Made by a program: the position numbers and the translations under genes
Notes under the pieces: generated by a model
The model's input: only the letters and a program-made list of their open reading frames with translations
What the model was told of the DNA's origin: nothing
The model's database searches: none
Part shown: positions 43,610-44,455 of the stretch, in pieces
Layout of the letters: the number at the start of each line of letters is the position of its first letter
How positions within the stretch are numbered: position 1 is the stretch's first letter
Source: a virus
Taxonomy: Duplodnaviria; Caudoviricetes
Direction: 5' to 3' (one strand)
Virus record (IMG/VR): IMGVR_UViG_3300046833_000111
Coordinates: 1-44,455 of that record
Length of the DNA: 44,455 bases

Positions 43610-43611
43610 GA

Positions 43612-43908
43612 TCAGGCCGCCCGTGCGGGCGTTCTACCGTCTACCACTTCGGGCACGAAAGCCACGTCGCGAGGGATGCCCCATGCGTGTTCGATGCGAC
43701 GAGCCGTAGAGAGGTTCACGTGGTTCTTGCGTGACCCCTTCGAGTCCTCACCCTTGCGGAGGTACTGCAGCTGGGTATGGGAGATGCCGATCTCGTCGGC
43801 CATGTACCGCTCCGACTTGTCGCGTCCGGTGGTCAGGTCGGACTTGGCCTGCCGGTAGTACTGCATGAAGACCCGGCGGTTGATGCGGTACCTGAGTTCT
43901 GCGTTCAC
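43612..43908 (-). CDS. Cro-like HTH regulator
   Basis: AAGGAGG RBS; SERYMADEIGISHTQLQYLRKG HTH; first gene of the early operon, divergent from the repressor. Confidence 0.82.
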   Translation of the reverse strand: MNAELRYRINRRVFMQYYRQAKSDLTTGRDKSERYMADEIGISHTQLQYLRKGEDSKGSRKNHVNLSTARRIEHAWGIPRDVAFVPEVVDGRTPARAA

Positions 43909-43935
43909 TTTCACCTCCTTGTCGTTGGTAGTTCT

Positions 43936-43964
43936 ACCGTATACCGCTTGCCAGCGATCGGCAA
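43936..43964 (-). promoter_or_regulatory. Early lytic promoter with overlapping operator-like inverted repeat
   Basis: Minus strand TTGCCG-17 nt-TACGGT; TTGCC-N7-GGCAA (43948-43964) covers the -35. Confidence 0.72.
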
Positions 43965-44086
43965 CACCCAATCTGAAGCGATGCCAGGAACGGCGCGGGC
44001 ACTGGAAATTACACCCGTGTAGTTCTTTGCCAGTCACGGAAACCATAGACTTGCCGGGACACTCCCCCTCCGTCGAAGGTGATCCC

Positions 44087-44455
44087 GTGAGCAAGCTATC
44101 CGACCGCCTATCCAAGGCGAAGCGCGAACTCGACATCTCCACCCGGCAGATGGCAGAGCGCGCAGAGGCCAACGGCTACAAGCTGTCGGACTACAACGCG
44201 AAGGTCTACACCAACGGGAAGCACTCGCAGAACCCAGACCCCAGCACGCTCGAAGCACTGTCCTACGTGCTCCGGGTGCCGCTGGCTGAGGTTCGGGAAC
44301 TGGCGGGCCTGCCGGCGGAGACGGAGCCCTTCGAGGCGCACGCGTCGGCGGACTTGCTCACTCCCCCACAGCGGACCGCTGTGAACGAGATCATCCGCCT
44401 CCTGGCGGAGAGCAACAAGGGAGCAGCGCATGCGTCGCAGGCAGAGGATCAAGAA
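44087..44455 (+). CDS. Immunity repressor (HTH), truncated by the window edge
   Basis: Open frame from GTG: MSKLSDRLSKAKRELDISTRQMAERA...PDPSTLEALSYVLRVPLAEVRELAGLP...LTPPQR.AV.EIIR; GAAGGT RBS; no stop in window. Confidence 0.85.
   Translation, partial: MSKLSDRLSKAKRELDISTRQMAERAEANGYKLSDYNAKVYTNGKHSQNPDPSTLEALSYVLRVPLAEVRELAGLPAETEPFEAHASADLLTPPQRTAVNEIIRLLAESNKGAAHASQAEDQE

Larger units (their letters stand above)
1..44455. mobile_element. Temperate siphovirus genome/prophage of an actinobacterium (repressor to lysis cassette; integrase not in window)
   Basis: Canonical gene order: repressor/cro, antirepressor, recombination, replication, terminase, portal, capsid, tail, tape measure, endolysin. 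No host housekeeping genes seen. Confidence 0.97.

Noticed and set aside
1-44455. Integrase, att sites, tRNA or rRNA genes
   Set aside because: None recognised. Intergenic gaps are short, and the integration module probably lies beyond the right edge.

Overview
The window is a nearly complete temperate siphovirus genome (or prophage) from a high-GC actinobacterium. The host inference rests on the WhiB, NrdH and actinophage-type tail and replication genes. Almost all genes are on the minus strand. Reading right to left: immunity switch (repressor on +, cut by the window edge; Cro-like gene on -), antirepressor, excisionase-like HTH, recombination module (YqaJ exonuclease, Rad52/Sak annealase, HNH, SSB), WhiB, C5 methyltransferase, RusA, NrdH, replication initiator with internal iteron-like repeats, many small ORFs, terminases, portal, MuF-like protein, protease/scaffold, capsid, head-tail joining genes, tail module with a -1 frameshift, tape measure, tail fibre and lysis cassette. 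No integrase or att site is visible. The most unusual observations are: (1) a pseudoknot whose loop can alternatively pair over the tail-chaperone start codon; (2) tape-measure-type peptide motifs reappearing in the capsid protease/scaffold linker and in a small ORF; (3) a small terminase displaced about 1.7 kb from the large terminase; (4) four reverse-oriented accessory genes, three with leaderless-type starts; (5) a repeated GCCCTCAC..GTGGGGGC hairpin bracketing one accessory cassette. All family calls come from motif recognition by eye, not database searches. Several starts were trimmed from the ORF track using RBS and stop/start overlaps.
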